NCBI GenBank assembly: GCA_049522735.1
Contig: JBEKNO010000001.1
Span: 1 to 42,412, forward strand
Length of the DNA: 42,412 bases
From: Terracidiphilus sp.
GTDB taxonomy: Bacteria > Acidobacteriota > Terriglobia > Terriglobales > Acidobacteriaceae
Direction: 5' to 3'
Position numbers and translations under genes: made by a program. Below, piece after piece: positions 26,228-34,857 of this stretch. Position 1 is the stretch's first letter. Each line of letters opens with the position of its first letter. The notes under the pieces are model-generated. The model worked only from the letters and a program-made list of their open reading frames with translations, had not been told where the DNA came from and made no database searches.

Positions 26228-26362
26228 TAGCTTCTAGCTTATAGCTATTAGCTCTTGACTTGCTGCTTCTTGCTTTCTGCTTCTTACTTCATACTCTTTG
26301 CTAAGGACAAATACTGTCGATGGCGCACGAATAACCAGCAAAAAGCTAGAAGCTAAAAGCTG
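26228..26362. repeat. Inverted heptamer (TAGCTTC) arrays between shc and hpnH
   Basis: tagcttc-tagctta-tagctat-tagctct versus agcaaaa-agctaga-agctaaa-agctg; perfect 13-bp pair 26228-26240 / 26343-26355. Confidence 0.8.
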
Positions 26363-28380
26363 CTTTTCCGTTCCATGGCCCGCCTGTAGCCGGTGAGAGC
26401 CAGCAGCGGGAAGTATTGTCGGTACATTTCGTAGGCCAGGTAAAAGACTCTGGGGAAGCCTGTTCCAGTGTACAGGGCCTGCCGCGTCAATCCGGCACCT
26501 GTGCTCTCGTCCCAACTGCCGTCCGCCTGCTGCCGGGTGAGCAACCAGCGAACCCCCTTGGCGATGGAGTCGGAGCGGTCGTCCCCGGCGGCCAGCAGCC
26601 CCAGCAGCGCCCAGGCTGTCTGCGACGGCGTGCTCGGCCCCACCCCGCGCGTGTTGGGATCGTCGTAGCTGCCGCAGGTCTCGCCCCATCCGCCGTCGGG
26701 GTTCTGCACCATGCGTATCCACTCCGCCGCCTGCTGGATCTGCGGCTCGTGATTGTCGATGCCCATCGCCTCCAGCCCGCGCAGCACCAGAAACGTCCCG
26801 TAAAGGTAGTTCACGCCCCAGCGCCCAAACCAGCTTCCGTCCGGCTCCTGCTCGCTGAAGATGAACTTGATGGCCTTCTCCACGCGCTTGTCCTCCCGCG
26901 TGTAGCCGTAGGTGGCCAGCATCTCCAGAATTCTTCCCGTAATATCCACCGTGGGCGGATCCAGCATGGCGTTGTGATCGGCAAAAGGGATGTACTGGAA
27001 GATCATCTTGGTATTGTCTTTGTCGAAGCTGCCCCAGCCGCCGTTTTTGCACTGCATGGCGAAGACCCACTCGATGGCGCGCAGCGCCACCTTGTGCTGG
27101 TAGCCTTCGCGGGGATTATCCACCTTGTTCAGCGCCAGCAGCACCTGCGCGGTGTCGTCGGTATCGGGATAGAACTCGTTGTTGAACTCGAAGTACCAGC
27201 CGCCGGGCTCGGTCCTGGGCACCTTCACGGCCCAGTCGCCCTTGTGGCGAACCTCTTTCGAGAGCATCCAGTCCGCGGCCTTGAGCATGCGCGGATCTTT
27301 GCGCGCCACGCCGGCCTCGCCGAGGGCAAAAACCGCCTGCGCCGTGTCCCACACCGGCGAGACGCAAGGCCGCATGCGGAAGGTGGGCTGGGGCAACTCC
27401 GCATTGGCCGGCTCCTCCAGCCCCAGCTTCTCAAACTCGTCGCGGGCGCGAATCACCTGGGGATCGTCCTCGGAGTAGCCCAGGCAGCGCAGCGCGATGA
27501 TGGCGTTCAACATGGCGGGATAGATGGCCCCTAGCCCGTCGGTCATCTCCAGGCGTTCCAGCAGCCACTTTTCCGCCTTGCGCAGCGCCAGCGTGCGCAC
27601 GGGGCGAAGGTGAACCGCTTCGGCCCAGTGCATCAGCCTGTCGAGCACAATAAAAAAGTTTCGCCAGGAGAGGATTCGCTTGCGGTCCCTGCGCAGCCGC
27701 AGGATGGAGTTGGCGCGCCCTCCGACAAACAACTCATCGATCCCCTGCTCAGGGGGAATCTTCTTGAACGGCTTTTTGGCGTAGATGATCGCCAGCGGCA
27801 CAAGAATGGAGCGCGACCAGGAAGAAATCTCGTAGATATTGAAGTAAAACCACTTCGGAAACAGAACGATCTCCGGCGGAACGGCCGGCACCGCATCGTA
27901 GTCGTACTGGCCCAGCCCGCACAGATACATCTTGGTGAAGGTGTTGGTTGCCACCACGCCGCCGTGCGCCAGAATCCACTCGCGGCACTTGACCAACTTT
28001 GGGTCGTCGGCCCCAAAGCCCATCAGCTTGGCCGCGAAATAGCACTTCACCGAAAGCGATATATTGCCTGGGCCGCCCGGATAGATGCTCCAGCTCCCTT
28101 CCTCGTTCTGGTAGCGCATCATCTCCGTGCACGCCCGCCTCAGCCGGCCCGGATCGCCGCTCTCCAAAAGCGTGTGCAGAAAGATGTAGTCGGCCTCCAG
28201 CATCGAGTCCCCCTCCAGTTCCCCGCACCAGTACCCATCAGGATGCTGCAGGGAGAGAAGGAACTCCCGCGAGCGGACAATGGCCGACTCCACATCTGCC
28301 GGGTCCGCGTCCAGCCGGCCAAATCTCGGCGCCGGGAATCTGGTTGTCGCGAATTGCGTCTTCCCTTGTTCTGGAATCAT
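26353..28380 (-). CDS. shc: Squalene-hopene cyclase
   Basis: YPDTDDTA catalytic motif, QW repeats (QHPDGYW, QEPDGSWFGRWG, QNPDGGWGE), SPVWDTA, TGTGFP. Confidence 0.98.
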   Translation of the reverse strand: MIPEQGKTQFATTRFPAPRFGRLDADPADVESAIVRSREFLLSLQHPDGYWCGELEGDSMLEADYIFLHTLLESGDPGRLRRACTEMMRYQNEEGSWSIYPGGPGNISLSVKCYFAAKLMGFGADDPKLVKCREWILAHGGVVATNTFTKMYLCGLGQYDYDAVPAVPPEIVLFPKWFYFNIYEISSWSRSILVPLAIIYAKKPFKKIPPEQGIDELFVGGRANSILRLRRDRKRILSWRNFFIVLDRLMHWAEAVHLRPVRTLALRKAEKWLLERLEMTDGLGAIYPAMLNAIIALRCLGYSEDDPQVIRARDEFEKLGLEEPANAELPQPTFRMRPCVSPVWDTAQAVFALGEAGVARKDPRMLKAADWMLSKEVRHKGDWAVKVPRTEPGGWYFEFNNEFYPDTDDTAQVLLALNKVDNPREGYQHKVALRAIEWVFAMQCKNGGWGSFDKDNTKMIFQYIPFADHNAMLDPPTVDITGRILEMLATYGYTREDKRVEKAIKFIFSEQEPDGSWFGRWGVNYLYGTFLVLRGLEAMGIDNHEPQIQQAAEWIRMVQNPDGGWGETCGSYDDPNTRGVGPSTPSQTAWALLGLLAAGDDRSDSIAKGVRWLLTRQQADGSWDESTGAGLTRQALYTGTGFPRVFYLAYEMYRQYFPLLALTGYRRAMERKSSF

Positions 28381-28401
28381 GCGGATAAAATGCCTCAGGA
28401 T

Positions 28402-28440
28402 CTATTCCCTATTCCCTATTCCCTAGTCCCTATTCCCTGC
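28402..28440 (-). repeat. (TAGGGAA)n heptamer array
   Basis: ctattcc repeated five times (one variant), just after the ispH stop; same unit as 319-360. Confidence 0.88.
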
Positions 28441-28445
28441 TCTTT

Positions 28446-29474
28446 TCACCGCACCGGCACAGCCTCAGCGCCGTTCGCGCTGCCAATGGCCTGCACAATC
28501 TCCGGAGGAAGACCGAAGCGCACATTTTCCGGCATGACTTCAACCTCTTCGACGCTCGAAAAGCCGTTTTGCCGCAGGTAATTCACCACATCCTCCACCA
28601 GCACCTCGGGAGCCGATGCGCCGGCCGTAACCGCCACATTCTTCACGCCTTCCAGCCATGTGGGGTTGATCGCCTGGGAGTTGTCAATGAGGTAGCCTAT
28701 GGTCCCCAGGTTGCGCGAAACCTCCACCAGCCGGTTGGAGTTTGAACTGTTGGTCGAACCCACCACCAGCACCAGCTCGGCATAGTGCGCCACGTTGCGC
28801 ACCGCCACCTGGCGGTTCTCGGTGGCGTAGCAGATGTCCTGCGAATGGGGGCCAACTATGTTTGGAAACTTTAACTTGAGGGCATGAATGATGTCCCGCG
28901 CCTCGTCCAGGCTCAGGGTAGTCTGGGTCAGATAGGCCACCCGGTCCGGATCGGGCACCTTCAGCGCCGCAACCTCCTGAACATTTGAAACCACCTGGGT
29001 TACCTCAGGCGCCTCGCCGAGGGTGCCCTCGATTTCGTCGTGGTCGCGGTGGCCGATGAGCACTAGGGAGTAACCCTGGCGGGCAAACTTGACCGCCTCG
29101 ATGTGGACTTTGGTCACCAGCGGGCAGGTGGCGTCAATCACCTTGAGTCCGCGGCCCTTGCTGATTTCGCGGACCGCGGGCGAGACGCCGTGGGCGGAGT
29201 AGATGACGCGCTGGCCGTCGGGCACGTCGTTGATTTCATGCACGAAGATCGCGCCTTTCTCCGCCAACTCATTCACTACATAGCGGTTATGCACAATCTC
29301 CCGGCGCACATAGATGGGCGCGCCGAAGGCTTCCAAGGCGATCTTCACAATGTCGATGGCGCGCACCACTCCGGCGCAAAAGCCGCGCGGCTTGAGCAGC
29401 AACACCCTCTTCTGATTGGGGGAAGTCTCGGCGTGGGGACCGTTCGAGATGGCTTCAAGCACAGTAGGGGTCAC
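28446..29474 (-). CDS. ispH: 4-hydroxy-3-methylbut-2-enyl diphosphate reductase
   Basis: PRGFCAGVVRAI, EIVHN, SAHGV, DATCPLVTKVH, DICYATENRQ, TAGASAPE; GTG start follows TATACT + 6 nt. Confidence 0.97.
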   Translation of the reverse strand: MTPTVLEAISNGPHAETSPNQKRVLLLKPRGFCAGVVRAIDIVKIALEAFGAPIYVRREIVHNRYVVNELAEKGAIFVHEINDVPDGQRVIYSAHGVSPAVREISKGRGLKVIDATCPLVTKVHIEAVKFARQGYSLVLIGHRDHDEIEGTLGEAPEVTQVVSNVQEVAALKVPDPDRVAYLTQTTLSLDEARDIIHALKLKFPNIVGPHSQDICYATENRQVAVRNVAHYAELVLVVGSTNSSNSNRLVEVSRNLGTIGYLIDNSQAINPTWLEGVKNVAVTAGASAPEVLVEDVVNYLRQNGFSSVEEVEVMPENVRFGLPPEIVQAIGSANGAEAVPVR

Positions 29475-29550
29475 ATAGCCAGTATACCAATGCCCTACCA
29501 AACAGTCAGGTAAAGAACGGCGCTTGGCAGAACCTCGCATTTGAAGTCCA

Positions 29551-30396
29551 TCACTTGGCGGCCAGATTTTCCCGCAGGAAGGCCACCACTTTGGTTATGG
29601 AATCGTTGGCTGCCTCGGGGTTCCAGGATATGTGGGCTCTAAACCCGTTGGCGGCGGGATCGGGAAAGCTCATGTTGGGCACATTGAGATTGAAACCATG
29701 TGTGGCGCCAGGATATTCGACGGTAATCAACTGAAAATTGTACCTTTTCGCGAGCAGTTTTTTTAGTTTAGGAACGGTCGTGCCCTCGCCGTAGGAGTCA
29801 TTGGTCCCATAAAAGACAATGATCGGACCACCGGTCAGCTTGCTGCCGCTCTTATCCAAATCTTTTATAAAGGCCTTGCACACCGGGTAGAATGTCGCAA
29901 ATGCGATAAACCCCTGGTCATCTCCCATCCATTGTTTTTGGTTGCTTTCCATGGCTGTTCTCAGGGCTATTTGGCCGCCCAGGGAAAAGCCCATGATGCC
30001 GATGCGGCTGGGATCGATGGTGGGCAGTTTTCGCAATTCTTTCAACGCCGCGAAAGCCAATGGCAGAAAGACGTCGGGATCAGGCCGGTCCGTAGTGCTC
30101 CTATAAATCCCGCTCTTGAAATCCACTTCAAAGATGGCAATCCCCGCGCCCAGGATCGCTTGGCGGTAAAGCAGACTGCGCTTGTCGATTCCCATGGTGC
30201 CGTGAACCAAAACGATAGCGGGAACCGGACTCGAGGCGTTTTCCGGGAGAAAAAGCGTGCCCGACACTTTGTAGGGGTGGTTGGCATCGAGGGAGGAAAA
30301 GTCAATTTCCTTGCGCGTCGAGGATACCTGGGCAGGCAGGACAAAAACAGCTGGCAGTACGATGGCCAGGAATGCAACGACGTTCAAAAATCTCAT
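29551..30396 (-). CDS. Exported alpha/beta hydrolase (dienelactone-hydrolase-like)
   Basis: Signal peptide, LVHG, RIGIMGFSLGG (GxSxG), FYP, GTND, YPGATHGF. Confidence 0.88.
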   Translation of the reverse strand: MRFLNVVAFLAIVLPAVFVLPAQVSSTRKEIDFSSLDANHPYKVSGTLFLPENASSPVPAIVLVHGTMGIDKRSLLYRQAILGAGIAIFEVDFKSGIYRSTTDRPDPDVFLPLAFAALKELRKLPTIDPSRIGIMGFSLGGQIALRTAMESNQKQWMGDDQGFIAFATFYPVCKAFIKDLDKSGSKLTGGPIIVFYGTNDSYGEGTTVPKLKKLLAKRYNFQLITVEYPGATHGFNLNVPNMSFPDPAANGFRAHISWNPEAANDSITKVVAFLRENLAAK

Positions 30397-30481
30397 GGCT
30401 GACTTTCGCGCCTCGGCTTCGATTATACGCAGGCCGTCAAGGAACCCCGTTCCGCTCTACCATTCACCCGTGTCGCAGGGC

Positions 30482-30928
30482 TCAGACCTTCAACGCTGGA
30501 TGGGCTGATGCTATCCAGCTTTCCACCAGCTTCAAAAACGACTTGGCGTGCAGCAGCAGTTCGTCCGCTTCTGTCCGGGTGGCGATCACCGCGCCGGTAT
30601 AGTCGATTTCGTTTCGTTTCCGGCGGCAGGCATCGAAATAGCCGGCAAGCTGTTCGGCAGGCTTGCCGAGGGCTAGTTTAGCACCCTCGAAAGTCAGACT
30701 ATGATGCCCAGGGACGCTGGCGATGCGATAACCGGCGCATGCAACAGCCATCTTGGCGGTTTGCAGTGCGGCGTTATAGGCTGTGGCGAAGCGGCGATCC
30801 TCAGAGAGTGCGGCAAGAGCAGCGTCGGCAAGATCGCGCGCCACAAGGCGGCGGATCTCCGCCACTTCCTTGCGGCTGGTGGCGTGACGGTGAACCTTAT
30901 TGTCCTGAAGCAGTTTCTTCCAGCTCAT
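30482..30928 (-). CDS. HEPN-domain protein (putative toxin)
   Basis: RDLADA, AYNAAL, GHH, RRKRNEIDY; overlaps the upstream MNT gene. Confidence 0.82.
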   Translation of the reverse strand: MSWKKLLQDNKVHRHATSRKEVAEIRRLVARDLADAALAALSEDRRFATAYNAALQTAKMAVACAGYRIASVPGHHSLTFEGAKLALGKPAEQLAGYFDACRRKRNEIDYTGAVIATRTEADELLLHAKSFLKLVESWIASAHPALKV

Positions 30929-31502
30929 GGAGCGCGCCCTTCAACGGTATGGTCTTGCCTTTCAAGACGGAGTGCAGAAAGTGGTCGCCTTCAGCCAATC
31001 TGGTCTGGAATTCCCGGGGCGAAAACAGCGTAACATTCACCTCGCGGCGGAAGCGGGCTTCCAGTTTCCGCAATGCCGGTAGAAGATCGATCTGTTTGAG
31101 TTTGCCCACAATGGCCAGGTCCACATCGCTGGCAGAGTATTCTTCTCCGCTCGCCATGGACCCATATAGGAAAGCCAACTCGATGCGGCCGCCGAAAGGC
31201 TTCAGGGCCGCCGTGAGCGCGGGCACAAGCCCGGTGGTTTTTTCGATCAGGCCGCGCAGGTCGGCAAAGAGCGGGGAGCCGGGGTTGGCCTTGAAATAGC
31301 TGCGGCGGCCCTCCTGGCGGCGCAAAAGCAAACCTGCTGAAACCAGCGATTCGAGTTCGCGCTGCAGGCTGGAGGGCGCGGTCTCCAGATGCCGCGCCAG
31401 CTCCGTCATATACCACCAGCGCTCCGGCTGCAACAGGGTCGCGGAAAGCACACCGGCCCGAATCGCCGGGAAGAGCGCGTCGAGAGTGGCGTTCTTACGC
31501 AT
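30897..31502 (-). CDS. wHTH + minimal nucleotidyltransferase (putative antitoxin)
   Basis: ELARHL..SSLQRELESL HTH; LYGSMASG..SDVDLAIVG. Confidence 0.9.
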   Translation of the reverse strand: MRKNATLDALFPAIRAGVLSATLLQPERWWYMTELARHLETAPSSLQRELESLVSAGLLLRRQEGRRSYFKANPGSPLFADLRGLIEKTTGLVPALTAALKPFGGRIELAFLYGSMASGEEYSASDVDLAIVGKLKQIDLLPALRKLEARFRREVNVTLFSPREFQTRLAEGDHFLHSVLKGKTIPLKGALHELEETASGQ

Positions 31503-31538
31503 AATGAGTAATTATAAACGCATATTGCGTAGATTGAA
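31496..31538 (-). promoter_or_regulatory. TA promoter with two palindromic operators
   Basis: TATAAT (31511-31516) 8 nt before ATG, TTCAAT 16 nt upstream; tacgcataatgagta (31496-31510) and aacgcatattgcgta (31517-31531). Confidence 0.7.
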
Positions 31539-31594
31539 AGCAAATTCGGCCAGTGCCGTCAGCGATGGCGTGGTAGCGGGGCAGGGAGATCGAA

Positions 31595-31627
31595 TCCCAG
31601 GTCTCAAAGGTGAGACCCGGGGCACCC
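31595..31627 (-). repeat. REP-like element
   Basis: tcccaggtctcaaaggtgagacccggggcaccc. Confidence 0.85.
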
Positions 31628-31679
31628 GGATTTGAGATTTGTGCCACCCCTATCCGGCTGCTCGGTTTTGCTCGTGTCG

Positions 31680-32267
31680 CTATTTCGAACCTGCACCTTT
31701 ATTTAGTAGATAGTGATAATCTCTTAATTTCCCAATAGACGCAACACACCGGCATCCTATTGTGTTTAGGTTCTTGCAATTATGCAGAGGTAAGCTCGGA
31801 AGCTGCAGAATGTCATATTCCTGGGCCGCCTCAAGACATGCAGAGCAGGGACCATCAATTGAGTTCAGGATTTTGGCTGTCTGGACTAATCCTTTCCTCA
31901 GCCAGTATGAAACATTCCGATGCGTGGCGATAGCGTTGAAGAAATTTTGCGCTGCGGCCTTGGGCGACATTCGATGAGGCCACGGAAGAACTGCGTCCGG
32001 GATAATAGCTCTGTCAGCTCTGATGCAGAGACAAATGGCTGTGGCCATGCGTAAACGCAATTCGCGCAGTTCCTCGTCGGAGCAGAAAGAGAAAACAGGC
32101 AGAGGCGTGTACAGGAAATCTTGTAGATCACCCTCGTCAGTCTCGTGTATCACTTTCGAATCTGCGGGTGGGAAAATCGCACGATGAAGTTGGATGGCAC
32201 GATGTAAGTCGCCAGCTTGTATGGCGCGTCGGATCGCTTGGGCGTCTTCTGTCGTGTACTTGTACAT
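31680..32267 (-). CDS. Hypothetical protein with a Cys-rich C-terminus
   Basis: 195-aa ORF, AT-richer than the flanks; CSAC..LPLHNC..GCRC; TACACT 7 nt before ATG. Confidence 0.65.
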   Translation of the reverse strand: MYKYTTEDAQAIRRAIQAGDLHRAIQLHRAIFPPADSKVIHETDEGDLQDFLYTPLPVFSFCSDEELRELRLRMATAICLCIRADRAIIPDAVLPWPHRMSPKAAAQNFFNAIATHRNVSYWLRKGLVQTAKILNSIDGPCSACLEAAQEYDILQLPSLPLHNCKNLNTIGCRCVASIGKLRDYHYLLNKGAGSK

Positions 32268-32327
32268 AAGTGGCAGTGTATAGCCTAGCTATTCAAATGA
32301 TCCAGAAGCCAAGCGCTATGCACGGAA

Positions 32328-32669
32328 TCAACGCGGAAGCATGACTTCATCCCATTTTTCCTTTGACAGTTCGCAAAGCATCGAGGTCATTTGCCCTTCG
32401 CAATGGCTAATTTTCTGGACTATGTCGTGATCATTTTCGTGTAGAAGATATATCGCCGTCCGAAGCCCGCTGAATTTCGCGTCTTTAGGCAACGGCGAGG
32501 AAATATCTGGCACAACTTTCTCGTAAGGTTGCTTGCACCCACGAATAGTCGTTATCCACGTTTCCTTGGCTGGAAATACGAGGATGCGTAGTCTCTCGGA
32601 GGTGCTCCCAAATTTCACGATGGTGATGCCATACGCTTTGTCAGGGCCATTCAATTTTTGAGGTTTCAT
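32328..32669 (-). CDS. Hypothetical protein
   Basis: 113-aa ORF with AAGGAG before ATG; no family recognised. Confidence 0.55.
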   Translation of the reverse strand: MKPQKLNGPDKAYGITIVKFGSTSERLRILVFPAKETWITTIRGCKQPYEKVVPDISSPLPKDAKFSGLRTAIYLLHENDHDIVQKISHCEGQMTSMLCELSKEKWDEVMLPR

Positions 32670-32876
32670 ATCGATGCTCCTTCTTCGGTGCTTTGTCTGC
32701 TCCCGATTTGAAGACTGTACGCGAATAGCTCAAAGCGATAAAGGATTCGCAAGGAAATTAGATGACCTACTGGGAGAGGAGAATCAAAGTAGTAAAGGAG
32801 CCGAATAGCCCGTCGAGGTTGGGTGTTCTTGGGATCTGGGAATCTGTGGCGGCATTATCCCCTTATCAAATGACCG

Positions 32877-34559
32877 TCACCGACTCCCCGCGATCATCTG
32901 CGCGGCGTGTTGCAAGCTGGTTTCGGTTACCTTTGCGCCGGATAACATGCGCGCTACTTCCTGGGTGCGGGCGCGGTCGTCGAGGAGGCGGATCTGCATC
33001 TTGGTGCGGCCCTCGGACTCGCGCTTGTCGATGAGGAAGTGCTGGTCGGCGAAGGCGGCGATCTGGGGGAGATGCGTAACGCAGAGGACTTGCTGGCCGC
33101 GGCCGAGGGATTTCAGCTTTTGGCCGACGGCTTCAGCGGCGCGTCCGCCTATGCCGATGTCGATTTCGTCGAAGACCAGCGTCCGTGGCGTAGGCGTCTT
33201 TTTTCTGGTTTTGGAGGAGTTTTCTTCGACGGTGACCTTAAGGGCCAGCATGACGCGGGACATTTCGCCGCCGGAGGCGATCTCGTGGAGAGCCTTGAGC
33301 GGCTCGCCGGGGTTGGTGGCGATGCGGTACTCGACCTGGTCCCAGCCGCTGGCGGTCCAGCCGGACTCATTCTCGTTGGCCGCCACGGCGACCTCGAAGC
33401 GGACCTTCATGGCCAGGGAGTTGATCTGGACCTCGGCGAGTTTGGCCAGCCTAGTGGCGGCGGCTTTGCGCTCGACGGTGAGGACGGCGGCGGCGGCGCG
33501 ATAGGCGGTCGCGGCCTCATCGAGGGCCGCGCGCAGCTCCTTGAGGATTTCGTCGCGGTCTTCGACCTCGGCCAGCTTGCGGGCGACCTCCTCGCCAAAG
33601 GCGATGACCTCGGGGATGGTCTTGCCGTACTTACGCTTGAGGCGGTCGATCAGGGCCAGGCGGTCTTCGATCTCGGCCAGGCGCTCGGGCGAGGCGTTGA
33701 TGCCCGCGGCATAGTCGCGCAGGCTGGCCGCCGCGTCGCCGACGGTGGCGCGGGCAGACTCCAGTTGCTGCGCGGCCTCAGTGAAGCGCGGATCGTAGCG
33801 GGCCAGCTCCTCCACGTTGCGCAGGGCGGCGCGGAGGGCGACTTCAGCCGATGCGCCGCCTTCGTAAAGCTGCTCGAAGGCGCCCATGGCGGCGGTGTAG
33901 AGCTTTTCCGAGTTAGCCAGGACGCGCTTTTCGGTTTCCAATGCCTCGTCCTCGCCGGGAAGAAGATGGGCAGCCTCGATCTCCTTATTCTGGTAGCTCC
34001 ACAGATCGACCATGCGCAGACGGTCCTGCTCGCCCTGGAGGAGATCGTCGAGTTTGCCAGCCGCCGTGCGCCAGCGGGCGTGGGCTTCGGCTACGGCGTC
34101 TGTGGAGATGCCGCCGAAGCGGTCCAGCAGGATGCGCTGCTGGGCCTGGTCGAAGCTGGAAAGGGCCTCGCTCTGGGCGTGGACCAGAGCCAGTTCGGGG
34201 GCCAGTTGCCTGAGCACGGCGACGGTGGCGGGCTGGTTGTTGACGAAGACGCGGCCCTTGCCCGTGGCCATGATCTCGCGGCGGAGGATGACGTCGCTGC
34301 CGGCTGAGTCGATGCCGTTTTCTTCCAGGATGGTTTCGGCGTTCTGGGCGGACTCGAAGACGCAGGCCACCACCGCCTTGCCGGCGCCGTGGCGCACGAC
34401 TTCAGCCGAGGCCTTGCCGCCCATGAGCAGGGCCAGCGCGTCCACGAGGATGGATTTGCCGGCGCCGGTCTCGCCGGTGAGCAGGTTGAGGCCGGGGCCA
34501 AAGACGGCGATGGCGTGATCGATGACGGCGTAATTTTCAGCGCGCAGTTCGACGAGCAT
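32877..34559 (-). CDS. recN: DNA repair protein RecN
   Basis: LTGETGAGKSI, coiled coil, IASGGEMSRVMLALK, FDEIDIGIGG, CVTHLPQIAA. Confidence 0.98.
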   Translation of the reverse strand: MLVELRAENYAVIDHAIAVFGPGLNLLTGETGAGKSILVDALALLMGGKASAEVVRHGAGKAVVACVFESAQNAETILEENGIDSAGSDVILRREIMATGKGRVFVNNQPATVAVLRQLAPELALVHAQSEALSSFDQAQQRILLDRFGGISTDAVAEAHARWRTAAGKLDDLLQGEQDRLRMVDLWSYQNKEIEAAHLLPGEDEALETEKRVLANSEKLYTAAMGAFEQLYEGGASAEVALRAALRNVEELARYDPRFTEAAQQLESARATVGDAAASLRDYAAGINASPERLAEIEDRLALIDRLKRKYGKTIPEVIAFGEEVARKLAEVEDRDEILKELRAALDEAATAYRAAAAVLTVERKAAATRLAKLAEVQINSLAMKVRFEVAVAANENESGWTASGWDQVEYRIATNPGEPLKALHEIASGGEMSRVMLALKVTVEENSSKTRKKTPTPRTLVFDEIDIGIGGRAAEAVGQKLKSLGRGQQVLCVTHLPQIAAFADQHFLIDKRESEGRTKMQIRLLDDRARTQEVARMLSGAKVTETSLQHAAQMIAGSR

Positions 34560-34624
34560 GGTTGAGGTCCGCCTTCCCGTTCTATCAGGTTACTCGTGAA
34601 TCCGGCCGGTTGAGAGTTGTGGTT

Positions 34625-34664
34625 TCCCACCCTTTCCGCAACGAACGCGAAAAGGATGGGGCAC
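34625..34664 (-). repeat. REP-like element
   Basis: tcccaccctttccgcaacgaacgcgaaaaggatggggcac followed by ggggcatttgtgg. Confidence 0.88.
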
Positions 34665-34857
34665 GGGGCATTTGTGGCGCGCCCGGCCGCGGGAGCCGGC
34701 TCTTCACAAGGAACAAAAGCCGCAGCGGGAATCCGAACGCAGCATAGCATGAACGGCGCCTGCGCGGCCTGCTTGAAGCCAGCCCAAACCCTGCCGGTGC
34801 ACCATATCGATAACTTGGAAGCGGCCATTCAGTCTGATACCGTGGATATTGAGGTGA

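Noticed and set aside
32762-33034. 90-aa plus-strand ORF
   Set aside because: Overlaps the recN 3' end on the opposite strand and has no recognisable features
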